A stretch of 63,413 nt of DNA, the filler included. It is 7 parts of 7 records of this genome, joined end to end, with 100 filler letters (N's around TTAATTAATTAA, not from the genome) between each part and the next. Parts side by side here need not be neighbours in the genome. Positions count along the whole stretch, not along the records: positions 1 to 20,249 come from SRR20825010_3720; positions 20,350 to 24,981 come from SRR20825010_3721; 5 more parts are not named here. One strand, given 5' to 3'. The notes under the pieces are model-generated. The model was given only the letters and a program-made list of their open reading frames with translations. It was not told the origin of the DNA and searched no databases. Shown in pieces: positions 12,261 through 22,484 of the stretch. Position 1 is the first letter of the stretch, and each line of letters starts with the position of its first letter. The position numbers and the translations under genes are program-made.

Positions 12261-14990
12261 ATGACCGACGAAGAGGACCGTCCATCCCCTGAGGCCCTGC
12301 TGGAACAGACCCGCAGGGATGACAGGGGCAAGCTCAAGATCTTTCTGGGCGCCTATCCCGGCGTCGGAAAGACCTATGCCATGCTTCAGGCCGCACAGGA
12401 ACGGCGGAAGGAAGGGCGGGACGTTATTGTCGGCATTGTCGAAACCCACGGGCGCGTGGAAACCGAAAACCTCTTGCGCGGTCTTGAAGCATTGCCGCGC
12501 AAGAGGCTTTTGCACCGAGGTCGCGTCTTTGGGGAAATGGACATTGATGCGATCATCTGGCGCAAGCCGGAAATCGCCCTTGTTGATGAACTGGCACACA
12601 CCAATGTGCCGGGCAGTCGTCACGAAAAACGCTATCAGGATATCGATGAACTGCTTGATGCCGGGATTGATGTCTATACGACGCTGAACATCCAGCATCT
12701 TGAAAGCCTGAACGATATTGTTGCACGGATTTCACGTGTTCGCGTGCGCGAAACCCTGCCCGACAGTTTCCTTGAAAAAGCCAATGAAATCGAGCTGATC
12801 GACCTGCCGCCTGATGATCTTTTGCAAAGACTGCGTGATGGCAAGGTCTATGTCATCGATCAGGTGGGGCGCGCGCTCCGGCATTTTTTCAGCAAGGGTA
12901 ATCTGACAGCCCTTCGCGAACTGGCGATGCGTATTGCCGCCGAACGCATTGATGCGCAGATGCTGGAATATATGCGCACCCACGCAGTCAGCGGCCCATG
13001 GCCGACACAGGACCGCCTGATGGTGTGCCTGAATGAAAGTCCGGTGGCCAAGAAGCTGGTTCGCACGGCCAAGCGGATGGCAGAACGCCAGCGTGTTCCG
13101 TGGATCGCCTTGCATGTGGAAACACCGCGCGACGACCGGATGGCGAATGCCGAAAAGGATGACATTGCCGAAGCATTGCGTCTGGCGGAACAGCTTGGTG
13201 CGGAAATTGTCACGCTTCAGGCCGAAGCCCATTTGGCAAAAGAGATTTCCGCACTGGCGTCCAAACGCAATGTCACGCGTCTTCTGATCGGCCGGCCAAG
13301 GCGAAGGCGCTGGACCGGATTGTTGCGCGAGAATGTGGCGCGCAAGCTGCTTGAGAATGCCGAGGGCTTTGATGTTACGGTCATTGCTGCGGACACGGAT
13401 GAGAAAAAACGTTCGCTGATCTCGGACAATCCGTTCGAACGCGGAAACTGGCGATCACGCAGCCTTTCGTGGGTCTTTGGCAGCGTTACTGTGGCAACCG
13501 TTGCCGCACTTTTTGCTGACCGGTATGTGCCGCTTGGCAATCTGTCGCTGATTTATCTTCTGGCGGTGTTGTTAACTGCGATCCGTTGCGGCATGTGGCC
13601 GTCGATTGCCGCCAGTCTGCTGTCTTTCATTTCCTACAATTTCTTCTTCACCGTGCCCTATTACACCCTGTCGGTGTTCCATCATGAACAGCTTATTACC
13701 ATCGTATTTTTCCTGATTGTCTCGGTCATTGTTGGCAATCTGGCAGGGCGTTTGCGCCTTCAGGTCGATGCCATGAAAACCAGCGGCAAGCGCACCGCCA
13801 ATCTGTATGATTTCAGTCGCAAGATTGCGGCGGCGGCATCGCTTGATGATGTGTTGTGGGCGGCTGTGCATCATGTGGCCGCGACGCTTGATTGCCAGTC
13901 GATGGTCCTGCAGCCGGGCACGGAAGGATCGTTGGAAATTACCGCAGCCTACCCGCCAGAAGACCAGTTGGGGCTAAAAGATTGGGGGGCCGCCGAATGG
14001 GCGTGGGAGCATTCCAAACCGGCCGGATGGCGATCGGAAACCCTGCCGACCGCAGAATGGCTATTCATGCCGGTAAATACCCCGCAGGGACCGCTTGGCG
14101 TTCTTGGTGTCCGCTTCAGGGAAGATGCGCGCACTTTGGGGCCTTCCCAGCGTCGCCTGCTTGAGGCGCTTGTCGATCAGGTGGCCGTTGCTGTCGAACG
14201 TACCCGTCTTGCGACCGATATCGAAGAAGCACGCTTGCTGAGCGAGACCGAGCAGCTCCGCGCGGCACTTTTGTCTTCGGTATCGCATGATTTGCGCACC
14301 CCGCTGGTATCGATCATCGGGTCGGCGACGACATTATCAAGCTATGGCGACAGCATGGGAGAAGAGGATCGCGGGCAGCTTACCCAGACCATCCTTGAGG
14401 AAAGCGAACGTCTGAACCGGTTCGTCCAGAACCTTCTGGATATGACGCGCCTTGGCTATGGTGCCTTGCAGCCGAAAAAGGAATGGTCGGATCTGGCCGA
14501 GATCATCGGTCGTGCGATCAAGCATGTCCGCAAATATGCCGGGTCGCGATCCTTTGACGTGCAGGTATCGCCCGATCTGTCACCGATCCAGCTTGATCCC
14601 GTGCTGATCGAACAGGTTCTGTTCAATATTCTTGATAATGCTGTAAAGCATACTGCTGATGATGGCCGGATTACCGTAAAGGCCAAGGCAGATAAAACGC
14701 GGATGGTGGTCGAGATATCGGATAGCGGGCGTGGTATCCCGACCGAAGCCCGGCAGGCTGTTTTTGATGTTTTCTATCGTGTTCGCGCAGGCGATAGCCA
14801 GGTGGCGGGTACGGGGCTTGGATTGTCGATCTGCCGTGGTTTTATCGAGGCGCATGGCGGACGTATCGTCGCCCTTGACGGGCCGAAGGGTGTGGGCACA
14901 ACCATTGCCATAACGCTGCCGATGACCGCGATGCCGACGGTTGCAGAAGATGACGAGGATTTGCAGGATGGCAGTGCGGAAGGAAACTGA
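12261..14990 (+). CDS. kdpD: Sensor histidine kinase KdpD
   Basis: GKLKIFLGAYPGVGKT, VDELAHTN, Usp domain, four TM segments, SVSHDLRTPL H-box, G-boxes. Confidence 0.97.
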   Translation: MTDEEDRPSPEALLEQTRRDDRGKLKIFLGAYPGVGKTYAMLQAAQERRKEGRDVIVGIVETHGRVETENLLRGLEALPRKRLLHRGRVFGEMDIDAIIWRKPEIALVDELAHTNVPGSRHEKRYQDIDELLDAGIDVYTTLNIQHLESLNDIVARISRVRVRETLPDSFLEKANEIELIDLPPDDLLQRLRDGKVYVIDQVGRALRHFFSKGNLTALRELAMRIAAERIDAQMLEYMRTHAVSGPWPTQDRLMVCLNESPVAKKLVRTAKRMAERQRVPWIALHVETPRDDRMANAEKDDIAEALRLAEQLGAEIVTLQAEAHLAKEISALASKRNVTRLLIGRPRRRRWTGLLRENVARKLLENAEGFDVTVIAADTDEKKRSLISDNPFERGNWRSRSLSWVFGSVTVATVAALFADRYVPLGNLSLIYLLAVLLTAIRCGMWPSIAASLLSFISYNFFFTVPYYTLSVFHHEQLITIVFFLIVSVIVGNLAGRLRLQVDAMKTSGKRTANLYDFSRKIAAAASLDDVLWAAVHHVAATLDCQSMVLQPGTEGSLEITAAYPPEDQLGLKDWGAAEWAWEHSKPAGWRSETLPTAEWLFMPVNTPQGPLGVLGVRFREDARTLGPSQRRLLEALVDQVAVAVERTRLATDIEEARLLSETEQLRAALLSSVSHDLRTPLVSIIGSATTLSSYGDSMGEEDRGQLTQTILEESERLNRFVQNLLDMTRLGYGALQPKKEWSDLAEIIGRAIKHVRKYAGSRSFDVQVSPDLSPIQLDPVLIEQVLFNILDNAVKHTADDGRITVKAKADKTRMVVEISDSGRGIPTEARQAVFDVFYRVRAGDSQVAGTGLGLSICRGFIEAHGGRIVALDGPKGVGTTIAITLPMTAMPTVAEDDEDLQDGSAEGN

Positions 14991-14991
14991 C

Positions 14992-15675
14992 ATGCGCGAT
15001 CAGGCCAAAGTGCTGATCATTGATGACGAACCGCAAATTCGCAAATTCCTGCGGATCAGCCTTGGCGCGCAAGGGTATGAGGTGATCGAGGCAGAAAACG
15101 GCAAATCCGGCATCGAGAAATGTGCCCTTGAAACCCCGCATCTTGTCATTCTTGATCTTGGATTGCCTGATCTGGACGGGCAGGAGGTTTTGGAGAAAAT
15201 CCGGGAATGGAGTGAGGTCCCGATTATCGTACTGTCCGTGCGTGCGAATGAGGAAGAAAAAGTGACAGCCTTGGACCGTGGCGCAAACGATTACGTGACC
15301 AAGCCGTTCGGAATTGCCGAATTGATCGCACGGGTGCGGGCTATCTTACGCAGCCGCAAATCCGAAGGCCTGACCAGTAGCGAGATTGTTTCGGGCGATC
15401 TGAAGATCGACCTGGCCGCGCACAGGGTTTTCAAGGGTGAGAACGAATTGAAACTCACCAAAAAGGAGTTCGCACTCCTGACCCTGCTGGCGCGTAACGC
15501 AGGCCGGATTGTGACCCATCAACAGATTTTGCGCGAAATCTGGGGACCTGCGCAGGAAAGTGAAACGCATTATCTGCGTATCTATATCGGCCACCTTCGC
15601 CAGAAACTTGGCGATGATCCGCTGAACCCGACCTATATCGAAAACGAGCCGGGGGTTGGATACCGGTTTTGTTAA
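14992..15675 (+). CDS. kdpE: Response regulator KdpE (OmpR family)
   Basis: REC (DLGLPD) plus winged helix (YLRIYIGHLRQKL, EPGVGYRF); follows kdpD. Confidence 0.95.
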   Translation: MRDQAKVLIIDDEPQIRKFLRISLGAQGYEVIEAENGKSGIEKCALETPHLVILDLGLPDLDGQEVLEKIREWSEVPIIVLSVRANEEEKVTALDRGANDYVTKPFGIAELIARVRAILRSRKSEGLTSSEIVSGDLKIDLAAHRVFKGENELKLTKKEFALLTLLARNAGRIVTHQQILREIWGPAQESETHYLRIYIGHLRQKLGDDPLNPTYIENEPGVGYRFC

Positions 15676-15905
15676 TACCGAAGTATTCCGGAGGTGAAAA
15701 TGTGCGAGAGTTTCCTTTTGTCGCGGGCTCACAATTCGGGACTATATAGCTTTATGATATGAGCTTAACGGGACTTGAAAGTGCCGCCCATTTTGAGCGT
15801 TCTCGTCCCGTATGTCGTTTGGTATTGAAGTTTCGAAGACATCAATTTTAGAGAGCGTCATCAAAAATGACGTTTTTGCGTAGATAAAACGACAAGCTAT
15901 CAGGC

Positions 15906-15970
15906 AATTGCGATTTCGCAATTTTGACATGACGTGAGTCAAGTGAAGGCGTTTCCGGATCCGATAAGGT
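15906..15970 (+). promoter_or_regulatory. nosR promoter with tandem CRP/FNR-family boxes
   Basis: TTGCG-ATTT-CGCAA (15908-15921, NnrR-like); ATGAC-GTGA-GTCAA (15929-15942, FNR/DNR-like); -10 TAAGGT at 15965-15970. Confidence 0.6.
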
Positions 15971-16021
15971 CCCGCTCACTGGTTTTCAGATTATGGAGCA
16001 TCAGTTTGGTGGGGACGTGCC

Positions 16022-18361
16022 GTGGTTGTTGTATCCGGATCATTTTCGTTATCGGGTTTGCGCCTGCTTCTGCTGGCAGTGATCGGTTGGGGACTTGCGT
16101 TCACGAGCAGTTTTGCCGGTACGCTTGACGATTATGTCGTGTCGCTTGATGCCGGAAGCATCATGCCCGGAGCCGATCATATCGGCGAGGAGCAAACAAC
16201 AGATCATCTTGTTCCCGTCTATAGCGGCAGTAACCAGCTTGGTTACATTTTCCTCAATAGCGACTGGGCCAATTCGGTTGGTTATTCCGGCAAACCAATC
16301 GACATTCTGGTCGGCATCTCGATGCAGGGTGTTATTACCGGTGCACGACTGGTTGCCCACAAAGAACCGATCGTGCTGGTTGGCATTCCTGAAAGCAAAA
16401 TCACGGACTACATCGCGGGCTATACCGGTTTTAACATCGCCGAATATGCCCGCAGCGAAGAGCTGGATGCGTTGCCTGACGATATCGTGAGTGGTGCCAC
16501 CGTCACCATCATGGTGATTGACGATTCAATTCGGCGCTCGGCAATCAAGGTGGCCCGAACACTTGGTCTGGGCGGGTTGGCGCAGCCGGGCGGCAAGGGC
16601 GACAAATTCGCCGTCGATATGTCGCAAGACGGGCAGGCAAGCTGGGATGAATTGCTTGGCGACGGGTCGGTTAGGCGTCTGTCGCTATCGCATGGCGATG
16701 TTGCGCAGGCCTTCGAGGGAACTGACGACAGAGGGCAAGGTAAAGGTAGTGGCAACGATCAAGCCAGGATCGCTGCCGACGGCCCGTTCATTGATCTATA
16801 TACCGCTCTCGTTTCCATTCCGATGATCGGACATAATCTGCTGGGGGATGCGGAATATGCCAATCTTCAGAAGGTTCTGAAGCCCGGCCAGCAGGCGTTG
16901 CTTGTTGCGGCGAACGGTGAATATTCCTTCAAGGGATCGGGTTATGTTCGCGGTGGGGTGTTTGACCGTATTCAGGTTATACAGGGCGATAACAGTGTCC
17001 GTTTCCGTGACAAACATCACAAGCGCCTCGGGGAAATTGCGGCCGAGGGTGCGCCGCGTTTCAGGGAAGTTGCCCTTTTTGTTATCCCCGAAGAAGTGCC
17101 GTTTGATCCAACTGTGCCGTGGCATTTGCAGCTTCTGGTCCAGCGCCAGCTAGGCGCTTTGGAAAAGGCCTTTACGACATTTGGCGTCGATTATGCGCCA
17201 CCGGTCAAATATCTGCGCAAGATCGATGTTGCGACGGCGGCACCGGATAATGTTTCGGAAAAAGCCAACGAGGTTGGTGCACAGAAATCCGGTACCGATA
17301 CCCAAAACCGGGACGCGCTTTGGAAGCGGATATGGACGAACCGGATTGTCGATATTGTCATCCTGTCTTGCGCAATCCTGCTTCTGACCGGCTTGTTCTT
17401 CTTCCAGGACTGGTTTGTCCGCCGTCGCAAACTGACGCAGCGGATCCGGACTGGATTCCTGATCTTTACCGTGGTCTGGATTGGATATTATGCCAATGCA
17501 CAGCTTTCGGTCGTCAATGTCCTGACGGTTGCCAATTCCTTCGGGTCGGGTTTTGACTGGTCCTATTTCCTGATGGATCCGCTGATCTTCATGCTGTGGT
17601 TTGCGGTTGCGGCGTCACTGATATTCTGGGGACGCGGTGCATATTGCGGGTGGCTTTGCCCGTTTGGCGCACTTCAGGAACTTTTGAACAAGCTGGCCAA
17701 ACAGCTTCGCATTCCGCAAATCGCGGTTCCCTTTGGCCTGCATCAGCGCCTTTGGCCGATCAAATATATCGCCTTTCTGGTCCTGTTTGGCATCTCGTTC
17801 CATGCGTTCGATCAGGCCGAGCATCTGGCCGAGATCGAGCCGTTCAAGACGGCTATCATTCTGTCCTTTATGCGCGATTGGCCGTTCGTCCTGTTTGCGG
17901 TTCTGCTGTTGGTCGCGGGGCTTTTCATCGAGCGGTTTTACTGTCGTTACCTTTGCCCGCTGGGGGCGGCTTTGGCGATACCTGGCCGGATCCGGGTCAA
18001 TGACTGGCTGAAACGGTATCGTGATTGTGGTTCGCCCTGCCACCGGTGCGCAAACGAATGCATGGTTCAGGCCATTCATCCTGACGGGCACATTGACCCG
18101 AATGAATGCCTGTACTGCCTTCATTGCCAGGAACTGTATTACGACGACCAGAATTGCCCGGTCATGATCCAGAAACTGGCCCGGTTTGAACGCCGCATGG
18201 CACTGCAATCCGGTTCAAAAACTTCCAGACCTCAAACGAAAACCGAAACGACTTCTCATTCGAAACCATCGTCCGCGAGCTGTGGCTCCGGTGGATGCAG
18301 CGCAAGTTGTTCCAATCCGAAGTCTTCGGACGGAAACAACGGTGCGTCTAACCAGCTGTGA
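16022..18361 (+). CDS. nosR: NosR flavo-iron-sulfur membrane protein
   Basis: FMN-binding DIVSGATVT, CGWLCP and CRYLCP motifs, two ferredoxin Cys motifs; precedes nosZ. Confidence 0.96.
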   Translation: MVVVSGSFSLSGLRLLLLAVIGWGLAFTSSFAGTLDDYVVSLDAGSIMPGADHIGEEQTTDHLVPVYSGSNQLGYIFLNSDWANSVGYSGKPIDILVGISMQGVITGARLVAHKEPIVLVGIPESKITDYIAGYTGFNIAEYARSEELDALPDDIVSGATVTIMVIDDSIRRSAIKVARTLGLGGLAQPGGKGDKFAVDMSQDGQASWDELLGDGSVRRLSLSHGDVAQAFEGTDDRGQGKGSGNDQARIAADGPFIDLYTALVSIPMIGHNLLGDAEYANLQKVLKPGQQALLVAANGEYSFKGSGYVRGGVFDRIQVIQGDNSVRFRDKHHKRLGEIAAEGAPRFREVALFVIPEEVPFDPTVPWHLQLLVQRQLGALEKAFTTFGVDYAPPVKYLRKIDVATAAPDNVSEKANEVGAQKSGTDTQNRDALWKRIWTNRIVDIVILSCAILLLTGLFFFQDWFVRRRKLTQRIRTGFLIFTVVWIGYYANAQLSVVNVLTVANSFGSGFDWSYFLMDPLIFMLWFAVAASLIFWGRGAYCGWLCPFGALQELLNKLAKQLRIPQIAVPFGLHQRLWPIKYIAFLVLFGISFHAFDQAEHLAEIEPFKTAIILSFMRDWPFVLFAVLLLVAGLFIERFYCRYLCPLGAALAIPGRIRVNDWLKRYRDCGSPCHRCANECMVQAIHPDGHIDPNECLYCLHCQELYYDDQNCPVMIQKLARFERRMALQSGSKTSRPQTKTETTSHSKPSSASCGSGGCSASCSNPKSSDGNNGASNQL

Positions 18362-18379
18362 CATATCAGGAGTTCCATT

Positions 18380-20249
18380 ATGTCGAATGAAACAGAGAAC
18401 TATAAAATCAGCCGACGCGGCTTGCTCGGCGGAACAGCAAAGATGGCAGGATTGGCAGGAATTGCCGGTGCAACCGGTGCTGCGGGCATTGCCGCGGGTT
18501 CAATCCTCGCACCAACGGCTGCAAAAGCGGCTGCTGGATCGGTTGAGGTTTTGCCAGGTGATCTTGACGAATATTACGGCTTCTGGAGCAGTGGGCAGGC
18601 TGGCGAAGTCCGCATTATGGGGGTTCCCTCCATGCGCGAGCTGATGCGCATTCCGGTCTTCAACCGATGCAGCGCAACAGGTTGGGGCCAAACGAATGAA
18701 AGCCGCAAAATCCTGACCGAAGGTCTGTTGCCGGAAACCAAAAAGTATCTGGCCGACAAGGGTGAAATCTGGCTGAACGGGGATTTGCACCACCCGCATA
18801 TGTCCTTCACGGATGGGACCTATGATGGGCGATACCTGTTTGTGAATGACAAGGCGAACACGCGTGTGGCCCGCATTCGTTGTGACGTCATGAAATGCGA
18901 CAAGATCATCGAAATTCCGAACGCGTCGGACATCCATGGTCTGCGCCCGCAGAAATTCCCGCGCACCGGCTATGTCTTTGCCAATGGTGAACACCGGGTT
19001 CCGGTTCCCAATGACGGTAGCATTCTGGACGATCCGTCGCAGTATCATGCAATTTTCACGGCGATCGACGGCGACACGATGGAAGTTGCCTGGCAGGTAA
19101 TGGTCGATGGTAATCTTGATAACTGTGATGCCGATTATCAGGGAAAATATGCGGTTTCGACCTGCTACAATTCGGAAAACGGTGTGTCGCTTGCCGAAAT
19201 GACGGCAAGCGAGCAGGACTGGGCGGTCATTTTTTCGATCGAGCGCATCGAACAGGCGATCAAGAATGGCAATTACAAGGAAATCAACGGTGTTAAGGTC
19301 GTTGACGGCCGCAAAGGATCGCCGCTGACCCGTTATGTGCCGGTATCGAACAGCCCGCATGGTTGCAACACGGCACCGGATGGCAAGCACATTGTCATTA
19401 ATGGCAAGCTGTCCCCGACGGTTACCGTGCTGGATGTACGCAAGTTTGAAGATTGCTTCGAAAACAGGATCGAACCGCGCGGTGTTGTGGTGGCCGAGCC
19501 CGAGGTTGGATTGGGTCCGTTACATACCGCATTTGATGGTCAGGGGAACGCCTATACCACCCTGTTCCTTGATAGTCAGATGTGCAAATGGAACATCGAT
19601 GCTGCGGTTCGCAAGTTCAACGGTGAAGACGTCAATCCGATCCTTGCCAAGGTCGATGTCCATTATCAACCGGGCCATAACCATACTTCCATGGGTGAAA
19701 CCAAGGATGCGGACGGCAAATGGCTTATTTCCCTTAACAAGTTCTCGAAAGACCGGTTCCTTAATGTCGGTCCGCTGAAGCCGGAAAACGATCAGCTGAT
19801 TGACATTACCGGTGATGCACCAAAGGTCGTTCATGACGGTCCGACATTTGCCGAACCGCATGATTGCATCATCGTCCATAGTTCGGTGGTCAATCCGGTC
19901 AATCTCTGGGATCGCAATGATCCGATGTTTGCCGAAGCCCGCGACTGGGCGAAAAAGGACGGTGTCGATCTTGAAGGCGATTCAATCGTCATTCGGGATG
20001 GCAACAAGGTGCGTGTCTATATGTATTCCAACGCGCCGATGTTCAGCATGGACAAGTTCGAGGTCAATCAGGGCGACGAGGTTACCGTATTCATCACCAA
20101 TATCGATGATGTCGACGACCTGACGCACGGGTTCACAATCGGGAACTATGGTGTGGCAATGGAAGTCGCACCGCAGGCAACGGCATCGGTGACCTTCAAG
20201 GCCGATCGACCCGGTGTGCACTGGTATTACTGCCAGTGGTTCTGCCATG
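18380..20249 (+). CDS. nosZ: Clade I (Tat) nitrous-oxide reductase, 3' end cut by the contig end
   Basis: SRRGLL twin-arginine signal, DLHHPH, NSPHG, GPLHT, YQPGH, AEPHD, start of CuA motif YYCQWFCH. Confidence 0.97.
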
Positions 20250-20349
20250 NNNNNNNNNNNNNNNNNNNNNNNNNNNNNNNNNNNNNNNNNNNNTTAATTA
20301 ATTAANNNNNNNNNNNNNNNNNNNNNNNNNNNNNNNNNNNNNNNNNNNN
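20250..20349. other. Artificial contig linker
   Basis: N-run, TTAATTAATTAA (stops in all six frames), N-run; 100 nt. Confidence 0.98.
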
Positions 20350-20451
20350 GAACTGATCGCTGCAGCGGACCCCTATGCTCTTGCGGGCCTGTTCGAATCC
20401 GTTGAAATACGGGCCTGGAACTGGGTCTTCAACAATCCGGAGAATGCGTGA
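20350..20451 (+). CDS. yciI: YciI-family protein, C-terminal fragment
   Basis: Reads ELIAAADPYALAGLFESVEIRAWNWVFNNPENA*, with the DPY...GLF motif; TGA overlaps the EVE ATG. Confidence 0.75.
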   Translation, partial: ELIAAADPYALAGLFESVEIRAWNWVFNNPENA

Positions 20452-20876
20452 TGGCCTATTGGCTGTTCAAATCCGAGCCTTCCACCTGGTCGTGGGAAAT
20501 GCAGAAGAAAAAAGGCGCAGAAGGGGAGCAGTGGGACGGCGTGCGCAACTATCAGGCACGCAACAACATGCGCGAGATGAAGCTTGGCGATCTCGGCTTC
20601 TTCTACCACTCGGTCAAGGAAACTTCCGTGGTGGGCATCGTGGAAGTGTGTGCGCTGGCGCATCCCGACACCACGACGGATGACCCGCGCTGGGAATGCG
20701 TGGACATTCGCGCCGTCGAGGACATGCCCCGCCCGGTCACGCTGGCCGAGATCAAGGCCAATCCAGCGCTTTCGGAAATGATCCTGGTCAACAATTCGAG
20801 GCTCTCCGTGCAGCCAGTGCAACCGGACGAATGGGCCGAGATCTGCCGTATGGGCGGCCTCAAGAAAATTCCCTGA
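20451..20876 (+). CDS. EVE domain protein
   Basis: YWLFKSEP, WDGVRNYQARNNM, FFYHS, RLSVQPV. Confidence 0.95.
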   Translation: MAYWLFKSEPSTWSWEMQKKKGAEGEQWDGVRNYQARNNMREMKLGDLGFFYHSVKETSVVGIVEVCALAHPDTTTDDPRWECVDIRAVEDMPRPVTLAEIKANPALSEMILVNNSRLSVQPVQPDEWAEICRMGGLKKIP

Positions 20877-20886
20877 GAACGCGCTC

Positions 20887-21543
20887 ATGAGGCGCATCAC
20901 CCCGGACAATGCGGCGGCGTTCATCCACGCCAACACAGCGCTGACGCGCCCGCCGCATGTGCCCGAAATCGCGCTCCATCTGGCCGATGAGGCCCATGGT
21001 CTGTGGCAGCGCACAGAGGAGGAGCTTGCCGCGATCGGACTGCCACCGCCCTTTTGGGCCTTCGCATGGGCGGGCGGTCAAGGGCTTTCGCGCTACATCC
21101 TCGACCACCCCGAAACCGTGCGCGGGAAAAGCATTCTCGACTTTGCAACCGGATCCGGTCTTGTCGCCATTGCCGCCATGAAGGCAGGCGCTAAACATGT
21201 TTTGGCAGCGGACATAGACCCGTTCAGCGCCCCGGCCTGCGCGCTGAACATGGCCGCAAACGATGTGCAGTTCGAGACCACGCAGGACGACCTCACCGGC
21301 GCAACAGGCAAATGGGATGTGGTGCTTGCCGGCGACGTTTTCTACGACCGGGCGATGACCGACACGCTGGTGCCATGGTTCGAGCGCCTGTCGAAAGCAG
21401 GCGCGACGGTCATTGTCGGCGATCCGGGGCGCAGCTACCTGCCACGCGCACACCTTGCCGAACTGGCGAGTTATATCGTGCCGGTGACCCGTGCGCTCGA
21501 AGACGCAGAGGTGAAGCGCACAACCGTCTGGCAATTCGCTTGA
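20887..21543 (+). CDS. Class I SAM-dependent methyltransferase (METTL20/nicotinamide-N-methylase-like)
   Basis: PPPFWAFAWAGG, LDFATGSG motif I, LAGDVFY, GDPGR. Confidence 0.9.
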   Translation: MRRITPDNAAAFIHANTALTRPPHVPEIALHLADEAHGLWQRTEEELAAIGLPPPFWAFAWAGGQGLSRYILDHPETVRGKSILDFATGSGLVAIAAMKAGAKHVLAADIDPFSAPACALNMAANDVQFETTQDDLTGATGKWDVVLAGDVFYDRAMTDTLVPWFERLSKAGATVIVGDPGRSYLPRAHLAELASYIVPVTRALEDAEVKRTTVWQFA

Positions 21544-21598
21544 CCGCTTTGTGGAGTGCGGGTTCAATCCACCCTGCTGGACATGTGAGGAGAATCCC

Positions 21599-22006
21599 AT
21601 GGATTTCGCCGGTCTCAACTATCTCGCCATCCTCGTTGCCGCCATCGCAGCGTTCATGTTCGGCGCCATTTATTACGGCGCGCTCGGCAAGCCATGGATG
21701 AAGGCCGCTCGCATCAAGCCCGAAGACGCCAGGATGGAACCGTCGCTCTTTATCACCTCGTTCGTGGCCGAGCTGATCATGGCATGGGTTCTGGCCGGCG
21801 TGATCGGCCATCTGGGCGCGGGCCAGGTGACGTTCTGGAATGGCATCGTCTCCGGTGCCTTCATCTGGCTGGGCTTCATGGCCACGACCGTGGCAGTCAA
21901 CCAGCGCTATGAAGGCTTTGGCTGGAACCTGACCCTGATCGATGCCGGCCATTGGCTTGGCGTCGCGCTTGTCATGGGTGCAGTGATCGGAGTCTTCGGC
22001 GTATGA
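21599..22006 (+). CDS. DUF1761-family membrane protein
   Basis: NYLAILVAAIAAFMFGAIYYG..GKPWM pattern, four TM segments, IDAGHW; GAGGAG RBS. Confidence 0.8.
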   Translation: MDFAGLNYLAILVAAIAAFMFGAIYYGALGKPWMKAARIKPEDARMEPSLFITSFVAELIMAWVLAGVIGHLGAGQVTFWNGIVSGAFIWLGFMATTVAVNQRYEGFGWNLTLIDAGHWLGVALVMGAVIGVFGV

Positions 22007-22023
22007 CCAATTCAGAACCTCAT

Positions 22024-22046
22024 AATTGATGTTCTAGACATCAATT
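22024..22046. promoter_or_regulatory. Palindromic operator upstream of the HTH-sulP unit
   Basis: AATTGATGT-TCTAG-ACATCAATT, perfect 9-bp arms. Confidence 0.65.
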
Positions 22047-22083
22047 CTAAATCTATATATATAAATTAAAAGACGGAGCGCCA

Positions 22084-22356
22084 ATGATAACCGCCGCACA
22101 GATGCGCGCTGCCCGAGCCCTTTTGGGCATTGACCAGAAGCAACTGGCCGAGCTTTCGGGCGTTTCCCTGCCAACCATTCAGAGGATGGAGGCGAGCGAA
22201 GGCAATGTGCGCGGTGTTGTCGACACGCTTTCCAAGGTGGTCGAGGCGCTGGGGGCAGCTGGCATAGAGCTGATCGGCGACCATGCGCCCAGCCTCGGCA
22301 CCGGACGCGGCGTACGGTTCAGGGAGCCGACCCCGGCAAAGGCGAAATCCGTCTGA
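22084..22356 (+). CDS. XRE-family HTH regulator
   Basis: MITAAQMRAARALLGIDQKQLAELSGVSLPTIQRME. Confidence 0.9.
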   Translation: MITAAQMRAARALLGIDQKQLAELSGVSLPTIQRMEASEGNVRGVVDTLSKVVEALGAAGIELIGDHAPSLGTGRGVRFREPTPAKAKSV

Positions 22357-22361
22357 GACAA

Positions 22362-22407
22362 CGCAGTTCCAGCAAAAGTGGAAACCGGTTTTGCATCCGG
22401 AACTGCG
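22362..22407. repeat. Rhizobiales intergenic palindromic repeat (RIME/Bru-RS-like half element)
   Basis: CGCAGTTCC-AGCAAAAGTGGAAACCGGTTTTGC-ATCC-GGAACTGCG; recognised from the TTCCAGCAAAAGTG...CGGTTTTGC pattern. Confidence 0.65.
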
Positions 22408-22484
22408 GGAAACGATGAGAACGCAACGGCGACCGCCTGCAAGACGCCGACGGCCTTCCGCTGCGGATGGTATGAGGCTTTCCC

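Noticed and set aside
18380-20249. nosZ lacking the end of its CuA motif
   Set aside because: The truncation coincides with the contig end; not evidence of a pseudogene
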